A stretch of 63,482 nt of DNA, the filler included, from Octopus bimaculoides (Eukaryota): NCBI RefSeq assembly GCF_001194135.2. It is 6 parts of 6 records of this genome, joined end to end, with 100 filler letters (N's around TTAATTAATTAA, not from the genome) between each part and the next. Parts side by side here need not be neighbours in the genome. Positions count along the whole stretch, not along the records: positions 33,580 to 52,664 come from NC_069007.1; positions 52,765 to 57,602 come from NC_068981.1; positions 57,703 to 61,269 come from NC_069000.1; positions 61,370 to 63,482 come from NC_068991.1; 2 more parts are not named here. One strand, 5' to 3'. Made by a program: the position numbers and the translations under genes. The stretch's first letter is position 1. Each line of letters begins with the position of its first letter. Shown here piece by piece: positions 51,406 to 63,482 of the stretch. The notes beneath the pieces are model-generated. The model was not told the DNA's origin. It searched no databases and was given only the letters and a program-made list of their open reading frames with translations.

Positions 51406-52446
51406 CCGAAACCTGATGTCAACCGGCTGTACTTGAGGAAAGACTAGGGTGGAAGAGGCTTAATGACAGTAGAAGAATGTGTACAGATGGAAAGAAAAAG
51501 TCTAGTAGAATAGTTACAGAGCAGCACAGAAAAATCTACCAATGACAGTTAATAAAGAAAAGGTGATGTAATGGGAGAAAAAGGCAAGAATGAAATACAA
51601 AGAGAGCATGTCAGAGAGATGGAAGAGAAACTTCTGCATGGCCAATTTTAGGGAGCCACTGAAGATGTATGTGGAACAAAATCCTGGGCTTGGTTAAAAG
51701 AATGGCAATTAAAAATAAAATAAAAACAGAAAGCCTAATTGTAGCAGCCTAAGCGATAAAGAAAGCAACTTGTGAAAAAATATATATGGAGAGCCTGTGG
51801 AACTTGGAACGACACACTTTGTAGGAAAAGGCTCCAAGCTGGTACAAGAAGAATATAAGAAATGGAGGCACGACCAGGTTGTAAGAGTTTTACACTGGAA
51901 ACTGTGCCAGAAATGGGGATTTGTAGCTGGAAACACATGGTACAATCATTGAGTCGAAAGAGTACTGGAATCGGAGAAATGTGAGATTTTGTGGGACTTT
52001 CCTATTCAAACGGACAAGAAGTTAGAAAATAACAGACCGGACATAATGATAATAGATAAGGAAAAACGAAGTTATTTACTAATCGACCCATCATGTCCGT
52101 TTGATTCTAGGATCGTAAATACAGGACAAAAAGCAAAAAATACAATCACTTAAGATTTGAAATAAGAAGAATTTGGAGCATGAGAACAGTAAAGGTTGAG
52201 CCTATAATAATTGGTATGTTGGGAACACTAAGGAAAGATATAGACAAAAGGTTGAAGGAGATTGGAATAGAATACTCAGTAGAGCTCCTACAGTAAGTTT
52301 GTCTTTTAAGGACAACATGGATTATCAGGAGGGATCTAAGCACTTGAAAGACAGCTGAAAACTTGTGGACAACTAAGGTTTCAGGTAGTAACCCGCTACC
52401 TACATAAATCCTACCAGGAATAAGACCGAAGTTGAGCCAAACCCAA
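51406..52446 (+). mobile_element. 5'-truncated RLE-type non-LTR retrotransposon (R4/Dong-like), C-terminal region and 3' end
   Basis: Frameshifted EYKKWRHDQVVRVLHWKLC, ILWDFPIQTD...NRPDI..ID, IIIGMLG: a PD-(D/E)xK restriction-like endonuclease. Flanked by TAA-type repeats. Confidence 0.82.
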
Positions 52447-52764
52447 ATAAGAATAATAATGGTGATGATGATGATGATGATGATGACAATTTCTTTGCCA
52501 CAGAGGGTGAAGGGTGAGGCAGGACAATACAAAGGCAGACATAAAGTGTGGAGGTTTACATAAAACGAAATGACTTTTTAAAAACTTTAAAGTAAAATAA
52601 AAAAATTTTAAATGTAAACACGGTTTACAATAAAACAAAGGTGAGTATACATAGTATACAACAGNNNNNNNNNNNNNNNNNNNNNNNNNNNNNNNNNNNN
52701 NNNNNNNNTTAATTAATTAANNNNNNNNNNNNNNNNNNNNNNNNNNNNNNNNNNNNNNNNNNNN

Positions 52765-52795
<31 letters not shown>

Positions 52796-53236
52796 TATAT
52801 CTTTATTTATTCATTTATTTATTACGTATATGTGTGTGTATGAGAGTAGATATGTATGCTTCGGATATGTGTGTATGAGAATATGTATGTATGCTTCGGG
52901 TATGTGTGTGTGTGTGTGTGTATATGTTACATATATCTGTACATCGAACACACCACACCACATGCATATGTATACACAGTCATAAGTAGAGCTTTCGGTT
53001 GTTGGTTTGAGCCTGCCTCGCCTTTTATCACGGATGAATGTACTGTAACGCTGTTCCAATCTCTGTCGTTGAAACTCGTCCCATACAAGTCTTATTAATC
53101 TCCCTCCAACTATCACATTTGTGGACATTTCTTTGGCAAGACCAAGAGAGTTTTCTCGCAACAACACAGATATTTGAAAGAAGTAGTGAAACCGTGGTAC
53201 ATGTTACAGACTGAAATATTTCTCTATGTGTGTGAG

Positions 53237-53322
<86 letters not shown>

Positions 53323-54179
53323 TATTTAAATGTCTTGGGTATGACAATCAGTAGCTGTAATGAGGCTCCAATTCAGGAGTACTGGAGTTGTAGGGAGCTT
53401 GGAATCACTCCTTAGTTACCATTTACTTCCTGCTCTGTTCTGAATTAGACGAGTAGTAGCTGTCCAGATCCCACATATGGATTAAATACCTATCCCAGGC
53501 TGTAGAGGAGAGTCCCTTTATTTTCAATAAAGCCTTAGGGAGTCTATCTCTTTAAGGAGAAGGATACTCTGACAAAAGACTGGCTGTGAAAATAATTCCA
53601 GTCATCTTGTAATGCTCATCACTAGAACCTATACCAAGAGAATGACAAAAGTGTTGTACAAGCTTTTGTCACTTAAATCCAATGACGTACAAATGTCTTG
53701 CTATTATTTGATTTCTTGATCCTTTTTGAATCTTATTGTTATGGCGATGGATGTCTGATGTGAAAGATCATATCTGTACACATACATGCAAGGATGAAAG
53801 TAAATCAGAACAATCAGGCTGGATATGAGATGACTATCATCTGACAAAGTGAAGCAATCATTATATATATGTACATGTATATTGATATGTATGTATGTAT
53901 GTATGTGTGTATGTATGTATGTATGTATGTATGTATGTATAACTGTTAATTCCTACACACTTTCTCTCTCTCCGATTTTATTTTCGTTCTCTCTCCATTT
54001 TCTCCAGCCAACCTTTTCAGTCGAAGAGCGTAGGCTCGAAACGGCAAAGACTTTTCCATTCTTCCCGAACGTCAAACTAATATACCTGCTTGTTGTTCCA
54101 TCACCTGTCTTCGTCTTTTGTTTTCTGTAAATTTGAACTATATGTATGTATGTTATTGTTCAATTTTATTTCAAGATTC

Positions 54180-54632
54180 CTGGCCAATAGGTAAAGAGTC
54201 GGTTCCTAACCTAGATCCAAAGCTCCTTCATTGCGATTTCAACATCAACAACAGACTGTTTGCTTGTATGTATGTATGTATGTATGTATGTATGTATATG
54301 TGCAGTTTTTGTATATTTTGCTTTATGCATGTATTCTCATGCATATGGTTGCATGTCTAGACGTGCTCATATATATCTAAATGATAAACTTCTGGAAACT
54401 TTTACAAATTTTTAGAGTTCCAGCGATGGATTGGATCTGCTGTTTTCGAATTAGCTTTCTCCTTTCTGGTTTTGAGAAGCCTAATTTCTCAAGATTGGTA
54501 TTTAAGCAGTGTGTTACATATTCCAGGTCCCCAATAATTGAAGGTATAAACCTGAACTTGTTATCTGGATAGAGTAACTGCAGATTTCTCAATAGTTCAG
54601 CATAAGTATTCTCTTTTTCTTTGATCTTCAGC
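54180..54632 (-). mobile_element. 3' fragment of a second RLE-type LINE within (TACA)n repeats
   Basis: ORF YAELLRNLQLLYP...FIPSIIGDL...IAGTLKICK resembles an RLE C-terminus (KY..L...IPI.IGALG...GT..I). Confidence 0.65.
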
Positions 54633-54643
54633 ATGTATGTATG

Positions 54644-54677
<34 letters not shown>

Positions 54678-55685
54678 TGTATGTATGCATGTATGTATGT
54701 ATGCATGTATGTATGTATGCATTCTTGTATGTATGCATGCATGCATGCATGCATACATGTATGTATATGCCTGTGTGTCGTGTACGTGCACACAATTGTA
54801 CATATGAGTATGTATGTTCTCTTTTTAATTTAGAATAAAGCTTGATCGCCCACCTGATTGGTACCAACAAGGTTGTGTAAGAAAGCATCATGTGTTGTGT
54901 TATGTCTCAAGCTACTGCTATCTAGCACATTCGGATGATCTCTACACGACTGCTACTCAACAGCTACTCAACCCCTACCACGGCCAGACTACCTCTATTT
55001 ATATGTCTTGGGCGATCCTACTTCTTCGTTTGGGGGCGTCGACACAACATGTTGTTTATCAATCTTTAAAACTTAAGAAAGTCTTGCAGAGTTTTATAGT
55101 CTTTGTAGTGTATCAATTAAAGATTTAGATTCTCTCCCCAAGAACCCAAGTTCAGTATACTTTACTCCAGATGGGTTGGTACATATCTTGTTACTCCAAT
55201 TATAAAGTGTAACTTGGGTAATGGATTTGCACACTCCTGAATGGTGTGTAGATGTCCTCTTGTATTTTTCAAAAAACGTTGTTGACCAGAGGGCAAGCTG
55301 ATTTCTACACCAGAACGTATCTTTTCCTTGTGGTTCCATTTGTATGTATATATGTATGTATGTATGTATGGTGAGGTTGCGTACGGTGACGTAAGGGCAT
55401 TGACAGACAACTGATTGGTGGTCTAAGTGACTAATTAAACAAGTGATCGATAAGTTCTATCGTTAAATAACTAACCAATTGAGTGATAATAAATAATTGA
55501 AAAGGAACAAGTGTGTATTTGTTATTGGCATAATAATCCTTTAAAGAAACAACAAAATGTTTCAACAAACGAGTTCTCATCAAGAATCTCGAAAACCATA
55601 TACAGGAATGATATACACAAACATGTATACATACAAAAATACACACAAACATGTATACATACAAAAATACACACACACACATACA

Positions 55686-55719
<34 letters not shown>

Positions 55720-55837
55720 AATTTAGGTATTCATATATATATCTTTACATATGTATATATGTGAGTATACATATGTACATAATAGATATAATACACTCAC
55801 ATGCGTTTATAATGTAATATACATACACATTTTAATA

Positions 55838-55906
<69 letters not shown>

Positions 55907-56425
55907 TGTAGGCATGTGTGTGTGCCTCTGTGTATGTGTGTGTGTCTGTGTATGTGCACACACACATACACACACACACACACAAACATACGGAAAGAGG
56001 GAGACAGAGTGACACTATGAGGGTGCGTTCTAATGCAATACAATTCTGGGCATATTGTATTTGTCTTGGGAACATACCTGTTCTCTGTTCTCTGCATAAG
56101 CAACCTTTTCGACAATTTAAATAAACAGTTTTTTAAGCAAAACTTTTAAATTCTTCTAAATGCATAATACTACATCTGCTAAATGCATAACCTTACATAT
56201 GTGTGTATGTGTGTGCGTGCGCAGCTGCGCACGTGTTTATACATAGTGAGATGGAAAGGTAGAGATGGAAAGGTAGTTCATTCTTCCCATTTATTTTACA
56301 TAAATATTGTAAAGTTTAAAATGAACGAAGAGTAATTTTTAATTTGTTCTTGCGCACTTTCGGAGAATAGATAACCCATCTAGACAAATCCACACAATTA
56401 ACCTACAAAGGTGCAGTCAGCATAA

Positions 56426-56463
<38 letters not shown>

Positions 56464-56696
56464 TAATAATAATAATCCTTTCTTCTGAAGGCACAAGGCC
56501 TGGCATTTTGGGAGAGGAGACCAGTCGATTACATAGACCCCAGTGCATAACTGGTACTTATTTCATCGACCCCGAAAGGATGAAAGACTAAGTCGACCTC
56601 GGCGGAGTTTGAACTCAGAACGTAGTGGCAGACGAAATACCGCTAAGCATTTCGCCCGACGTTCTAACGATTCTGCCGGCTCGCCATCGGGAAATA

Positions 56697-57565
56697 GCGT
56701 TTCACCATTGCTGTTTGTGATTTGTATGATACGCTCACACAGATTCTGCAGACAGTGACATCAGAGTACACCTTGAAAAGTGGAGAAAGATTATATCTTC
56801 TGTTATATATGGATGACTTAAAGATTTCGGGAAAACTGAACGTGAAATAAATGGCCTGATCTCAACACTAGATATTCTGAAAGCATATTCTGTAAGTGTA
56901 GTGTTCTTATACAAAGAGGCAAAGTAACACCATCGAATGGTGTAGAACTACCTAACGGTGAGAAAATTTAGGATGTTGAAACTGATGGATATAAATAACT
57001 GGGTATCTTGGAGTATGACAAAATCAAGGCGAAGGAGACGAAGTAAACCTTTAGATGAGAATATTTCAGAAGACCCAAATTAATTATGGGAAGTAGACTC
57101 AATGGAAAGAACAAGATCAGGGCAATGGACACGTGGGTTGTTTCCTTAATGTGAGACGGTGCAGGTGTCATTAGGTGGACAAAGAACGAGCTTGAGGAAA
57201 TGAATAGAAAACCAGGGAAGTGATGACTATTAACAAGGAACTGACCTCAAAAACGATATTGATAGACTGTATGTGCTTAGGAACAATGGAGGAAGAGACT
57301 ATATAGGATGCAAGATCTGTGAGAAGAACAGTCTGGGATGGTACATCAAACAGCGAAGTGAATCCTTCCCTACCGCTGTTAGAATTAACAATACCGACCG
57401 AAAATGTGACGCATCCAAAATCATTTAAGAAACAAGATGAACAAAGAATAAACAATTGTAAACTGAAAACAAGGCATAGGCAATACGTCAGAGAAATCAA
57501 AGGGAAAGTCAAGACCAACACACGGAGATGACTAAGAAAAAGTGATATGAATGGATGCACTGATA
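56697..57565 (+). mobile_element. Decayed reverse-transcriptase fragment of an R4/Dong-like LINE
   Basis: SPLLFVICM, LLYMDDLK, YKYLGILE, LNGKNKI.A..TW, DIDRLYV.R..GGR motifs with stops and frameshifts. Confidence 0.82.
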
Positions 57566-57569
57566 TGGA

Positions 57570-57602
<33 letters not shown>

Positions 57603-57702
57603 NNNNNNNNNNNNNNNNNNNNNNNNNNNNNNNNNNNNNNNNNNNNTTAATTAATTAANNNNNNNNNNNNNNNNNNNNNNNNNNNNNNNNNNNNNNNNNN
57701 NN

Positions 57703-57751
<49 letters not shown>

Positions 57752-57823
57752 TATATACACTATTACCAGAGTAACAACATTGCAAAATCCACTGAAAAAA
57801 AGAAATGAGGTTGGTATTGTTAC

Positions 57824-58087
57824 CTGTAAAGCCAGGTTGCCACATGGAGTGTGAGGTTTGATGAAACCAATCTCAGCCATTTTAACACCCTTGATATTGG
57901 TTGGTAATTCCTGGTCATTTAAGTCAAGTCCATAGATGAACTGAATGGTCAGTAGAACTTCTGCATAAATCACAATCATTGGGGAGACTACGAGACACGC
58001 ACGACGTGATTTGGGCACCATCCAAATAAGACAAGCTCCCAGCAAAAACACAAAAGTCAACCAGCTATGGAAAGTAATGCTCCAAGC
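57824..58087 (-). CDS. Piezo: Piezo mechanosensitive channel exon (AWSITFHSWLTFVFLLGACLIWMVPK...PCGNLALQ)
   Basis: cag|GCT...CAG|gtaaca, 264 nt, phase 0-0. Diagnostic WSIT(Y/F)HSWLTFV. Confidence 0.95.
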
Positions 58088-58684
58088 CTGCAGATAAAAT
58101 ATAAGATATTACAGTTTTCACAGATAGTTTTGACAGTGAAGAAAAGAAGCAAAATATAAATTTATTAAACAAGAATCTGAGGAGAAAGACAATATTTTGA
58201 GTGTTTTTAGGGCTTCTAGAGCAGAAAATATATATGTTGTTCATGCTATAAGAATTTATAAACATTCGAGAGAAAATGAAATAATTCTTTTTTGGAACAG
58301 TGGATCTTGAAGCACACATAGAGCTATAAATAATAGCATTGAGTTGAAAAACCCTTTTAGATAGAGAATGTTGAAGGCAGCCTTCAAGATTCTCTATCCA
58401 AAATGACTTTTCAACTCAATATTTACATGTTATTACTTATAACTTCAATGTTCTTCAATATATATATATACATATATATATATATACTTTTATTTGTTTC
58501 AGTCATTTAACTGCGGCCATGCTGGAGCACCGTCTTTAGTTGAACTCATTGACCCCAGGACTTATTCTTTTTAAGCCCAGTACTTATTCTATTGGTCTCT
58601 TTCGCCAAACTGCTAAGCTATGGGGACGTAAACACACCAACATCAGTTGTCAAGTGATGGTGGGGGGAGAAACACAGACACACA

Positions 58685-58725
<41 letters not shown>

Positions 58726-59150
58726 CGATGGGCTTCTTTGAGTTTCTATCTACCAAATCCACTCACAAGGCATTGGTCAGCCTGAGGCTATAGAAGACAG
58801 CTTGCCCAAGGTGCCACCATGTAGGTGGAAAGAAAGCTTCTTACCACACAGCCACACACACACCTGAGGAAAAATAAATGAGATACATAAATTTTCACAC
58901 AATTTCTGTAATAACTATTTTATTATATATTAAAACACACACACACACAGAGTCTCTGACACTGTTTCCATCAACCAAATTCACTCATGAGACATTGGTC
59001 AACCCAGGGCTATAACAGAAGGCACCTGCCTAAGGTGCTATGCAGTGGGACTGAACTGAGAACCGTGTGGTTACCAAGCAAGCTTCTTAACCACACGGCC
59101 ATGCCGGCACCTATTAGTTTCAACCACAGAAAGAAATCAAAATCACTCAC

Positions 59151-59387
59151 CATCATAGCAATAAGAGTCAATACATAGCTTTGGTTCATGATGTAGATTA
59201 AAACAGAGGCAATGACAGACCTCTTCTCGCTGAGGGCACTCCGAGAATGGCTTGCCTTACTGCCGTGTAATTCTTCTTCAGATTCTTCGCTGGCTTCGAT
59301 GTCGGAGGCTTTTGGCACGGAGGAGTTACTTGGAGGTAACGCATCCAAACTACTGTAATGCATATTCTCACCAGTCTCCACAAGACC
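59151..59387 (-). CDS. Piezo: Piezo exon: cytoplasmic loop ending IMNQSYVLTLIAMM
   Basis: cag|GGT...ATG|gtgagt, 237 nt, phase 0-0. QSY...LIAMM joins directly to AWSIT as in vertebrate PIEZO. Confidence 0.92.
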
Positions 59388-59565
59388 CTGAGACAAAAAA
59401 AATCCAGTGAAGGAGTGTTGGGGGGGAGGAGAAAAAAAAGAGAGAGAGAGAAAAATCATGGGTTATTAAAAGTTGTTGGAAACAATAAGGTATCGTATTT
59501 AGAGGAAGCCGAACAACAAGCTTTTATCGAAACATGCTGACATGCCATTCGTATTTTATTTGTTA

Positions 59566-59597
<32 letters not shown>

Positions 59598-60147
59598 TTA
59601 CTAGTCATTGTCTTGCCATGGTTATTTTTCATTAGAGGGGGACAGGCTCTACAACAACAACAACAACAACAGCAACAATAACAGTAACAATAATAATACT
59701 AAAATTTACATGTGTGACCTCCTTAAAATTACGAAGATCCCTCAGCAAGTGTTAGGTTAATTAATTGTGTCATAAACAACAACAACAAAAACAACAGCAG
59801 AAGCAAAATCCTCATCTACACCAGTGGTTCTCAACCAGGGTCTATATGGCCCTTGAGGGTCCATATAAGATTGGGGATCATATCCATAAACATACTAACA
59901 ACTGTTCCAACATAACACAATGCTTCAGTAAAGGGCAATATTGAGCTAACTTGATCACAGACCTCTGTATTCTGTTAAGAGCAAAGCAAGACCCAATAAG
60001 GTTGTGAAATTGTTAGAATGTAGGACAAGATGCTTTGCAGTATTTGTTCCACCTCTTTGTATTCTGATAGCAATACCTGTGATGGCAGTTGTCCCAGCCT
60101 TACCTTTTCTGTGGACAATATCAGTGATATAGAGAGAAGAAACTTAC

Positions 60148-60198
60148 ATGTACAAGTAACTGTTGGTCTTCCATAAAACTGCTTTGCCTGGCCGGTAC
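60148..60198 (-). CDS. Candidate 51-nt Piezo microexon (VPARQSSFMEDQQLLVH)
   Basis: tcctctgtag|GTA...CAT|gtaagt, open, phase 0-0, compatible with the next Piezo exon. No homology support. Confidence 0.5.
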
Positions 60199-60885
60199 CT
60201 ACAGAGGACCATTCTAAATACAGATCCAGTCTCACAAGACATAAATGGTCCTGGATCACAGTAAATCACAATTCTTCATTTACCTCATAACAGCCACAAC
60301 TCATCACCTCGCTATCAATAGTCCAGTAACTTAAACTCATAGTCATTCTACATAAATGGTATTTCTTTTTCTTTTCATTTCATACTTTTGAAAGTATTGG
60401 ACCTGCTATGTCTTTACTTATCACCACCTTATTACGACAATTAAAATATCATGGCATTAGAAGGGGCAAAATCATATTTTCATTCAGTCTAATGGTGTTG
60501 CTGTAAGTGGGGGGAAATGGGGATAACTGTATAGTGCTGTAGTGTTCGAAAGAGCATTGTGAACTACTGACACAACATGACTTAATACTATAGAGTTAGA
60601 TGTCACGGTGAAGTGGTATGGTGACATTTTGGTGGTATGTTTTGAAGCAGTAAAACAGTGTGATGTTTTAATAGTACTGAACTGTTGTGTAGTGAAATCA
60701 GTGTTGTAAGGAAGAGGTGCCGTGTGATCTTGTGGAGTTGTGAGTGCTGTAAATATTACTGTGTTAGTCTACTTGTGTTGTGATTTGGCAATATTGTAAT
60801 CTAACGTAATCTCACTATGACAACAATGTTGCAGGTGCACCCTCGCTATCTTACTAATAACGAAGCCAGTCAGCTAATTACTCAC

Positions 60886-60921
60886 AACTTGAAACGCCAG
60901 CAAGGATTTGCGTTCTATGAT
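60886..60921 (-). CDS. Candidate 36-nt Piezo microexon (IIERKSLLAFQV)
   Basis: tttattttactcttgcag|ATC...GTT|gtgagt, strong pyrimidine tract, phase 0-0. No homology support. Confidence 0.45.
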
Positions 60922-61568
60922 CTGCAAGAGTAAAATAAAGATTTTTTTTTTTCTCTCTCTCTGGAGGATTAGAAGGTAAGAGGGGAAGACATCATGCTGT
61001 CTTGCAGTTTCAATTAACGGAGCTGACAACAACAATAAAAATGCAAAGAAATACAAAAACAAATATATTAATAGGCAAACATTTCCAGAAACATCAACAA
61101 GTTTCATTAATAGGCAAAAAACAAAACAGGTTGGGTTTTTTTTTTGTTTCATACATTAATTTCCCAGATTTGTAAAATTATTGCTCTTACCAACAACCTG
61201 CTACAAACAAACAAAAACACGCACGCACGCACGCACGCATGCACACGCGCACACGCACACACGCACACANNNNNNNNNNNNNNNNNNNNNNNNNNNNNNN
61301 NNNNNNNNNNNNNTTAATTAATTAANNNNNNNNNNNNNNNNNNNNNNNNNNNNNNNNNNNNNNNNNNNNAAATCATTAGCATGCTGCCGGGCAATGTGGT
61401 TAGCAGTATTTCGTCCGCTTCTATGTTCTGAGTTCAAACTCCGCCAAGGTCGACTTTGCCTTTCATCCATTCGGGGTCGATAAATTAAGTACTAGTGAAG
61501 CACTGGGGTCGATGTAATCGACTGTCCCCTTCCGCAGAATTTCAGGCTTTGTGCCTATAGTAGAAAAG

Positions 61569-61604
<36 letters not shown>

Positions 61605-62160
61605 GAGTAAGAGAGTAGTGTATGCCATCAAAGTGACAGTGGGGTACAAATATACGAAGCCTAATGTACCCATACGAAACCCAATATACCCAATGATTAC
61701 CGATATGATAAGGATATACCAGGCACATGCATCACAACCATATGTGTGCGACAAGGTGATCTCATATCAAAATAAACAGTGCATGACCTTGTAGGTGGGG
61801 GCCCAGTTAGAATTTTCTTCAGGTTGAGTAGCCCATCCCACTTAAAAGGGTTATTTAAGGGGCACCCATGTTTCCAGAGGTGAATTATTCAAACCCCAAA
61901 GAATTCATCTCAACACAAGGCTACGATGCTCCCCCACTACTTCTGCTCATGATCAGAGATGCACATATCGTCAGCCACCAAGGGACATGATCAACTGGTT
62001 AAGGTCAAACAACTGACAAGCAAATCTGTGGTATTGAGCAGAATATTTGCTGTAGCCCATCTTTTATACCAAGACAAAACAACGTACATGATAACACTTC
62101 CAATCAATTAAGATCTGAAGCCATGAGAGCCACTGCCTGGTACTGCATCAGGGCATTTAT
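61605..62160 (+). mobile_element. Interspersed repeat with a (TTA)n tail, probably a LINE 3' UTR
   Basis: Second copy on the minus strand at ~37331-37853, split by an N gap. No ORF. Confidence 0.65.
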
Positions 62161-63482
62161 TACTATTATTATTATTATTGTCTTTGCACAGCTTCTAACG
62201 CTGGAGATGTACTACAATGTCAGCTGTTCACTCCCAGTGAACTAAGGTAACACATCTTATTTTTCAAGCACCTTCCGGAGTTCTATCGCTATTCCTAAAC
62301 TCGTAAAAGACTAACCTTAATCTAACTTGGTTTCATTACGCTAAAAATTACAATTACGACTTCTGTTTCGTTCCATCCTTATCCATATCGAAAACGTATC
62401 ACATATCGTTCTAAGAATAATAACATTATAGATAGTAATTGTACCCGAGAAAATAACCATAGAATATGGAAGGGTTAACCTAGCAGTAGAGTGGTGGGTG
62501 AGCAGGGACTTTGTATCTATTCTACACTTTAAACTCAAATATCGACATTACTGATACATTCAATCATATCATCCACAGATCGATGCGAGAAGTACTTGGA
62601 ATTTGATAATCAATAACCATGCTTTTCCCTCAAAAGTGTGACCATTATTGGAACTGGTGTGCAAGAGAGACATACAGATGGTAGGGACCCAGAAAAACAA
62701 AACAAAAAAAGCCTTGCCGTAATGCGTTGCCGCATAACATTCTGCGTTCAAATACAACGAAAATATATTCATTTAGGAATTTTATCTTTCGATGATCGAT
62801 AGTCAAGTATTGATATTGACGAAATCAACTATTCTCATTGAAAATGTGCTGCCTTGCTTCAACTAACTTAGACAGCATTATTATTGGTGAAGTCCCTTCG
62901 AAGATTCGGTTTCCATTCCCAATTGTCCCCACTTCTCTTAACTGACGTCGTTATGCTTTCTTGCGTTAGATGTAAACATCTAATACATACGTTTTGCTTA
63001 TTTCATATGCACGAAGTCATGTATACGTAATGAATCAATATACATTACCGTTGGAGGGGGCATAACAACTATGCATTGTCTTTAGGTTGGGTGATGTACA
63101 ATTCTCATTGATTTTTTTAGTTCATTTGTGCAATCGATTGTTTATACACTACAGATTTGAGAAGTCGAACATTCACACATACGGACAAACGAATGTACAT
63201 ATATGCATGCATGGATGTTATATGTGTGTGTATGTATGGCGACATATATATGCATATATAGATATATGAAATATATGTAAATAAACATGTATACATATAA
63301 ATTATATGTACACACATACACATGAACATATGTATATGCTTAGATACCTACACATACATAATTACACATTCATCTATTACTAATTCTATAATTCTATATA
63401 GAGAAATATCTATCCTAACACTACACATTCATATGCACAAGCATGTATATATGTATAAATAAATAAATAAATATATATATAT

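Noticed and set aside
52980-53215. Non-repetitive-looking ORF LGLAKEMSTNVIVGG..., possibly a decayed GIY-YIG fragment
   Set aside because: Similarity is too faint to call by eye; a profile search is needed.
54017-54062. Hammerhead-like GAAGAG..CTCGAAAC motif in a repeat also seen at ~27725 and ~45573
   Set aside because: The core is not CUGANGA in any copy, and stems I and II cannot be formed convincingly.

Overview
AT-rich, microsatellite- and SINE-dense animal genomic DNA. The repeat families look like those of Octopus (inference from memory, not a search). The window is not one continuous locus. Five identical 100-bp linkers (44 N + TTAATTAATTAA + 44 N) split it into six concatenated pieces: 1-28448, 28549-33479, 33580-52664, 52765-57602, 57703-61269 and 61370-63482. 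Spliced, phase-consistent fragments of five genes were read by hand, all on the minus strand: kinesin KIF6 (5 exons), an MRCK/CDC42BP-like kinase (4 exons, C1-PH region), PITRM1 (first 5 coding exons), an unorthodox AQP11/12-like aquaporin (terminal exon) and Piezo (2 clear exons plus 2 candidate microexons). Mobile elements include several tRNA-derived SINE families, a decayed DD37D Tc1/mariner, RLE-type (R4/Dong-like) LINE fragments, Helentron-like and MITE-like elements, and a decayed Penelope-like element. Two observations stand out. (1) The MRCK-like introns consist largely of telomere-like (TTAGGG-variant) arrays whose polarity flips from intron to intron, and two SINE copies carry such an array at the same internal nucleotide. 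(2) Both terminal repeats of the Penelope-like element contain a hammerhead-ribozyme fold with an unusually long stem II that covaries between the copies. Almost all supplied ORFs are microsatellite or N-gap artefacts.
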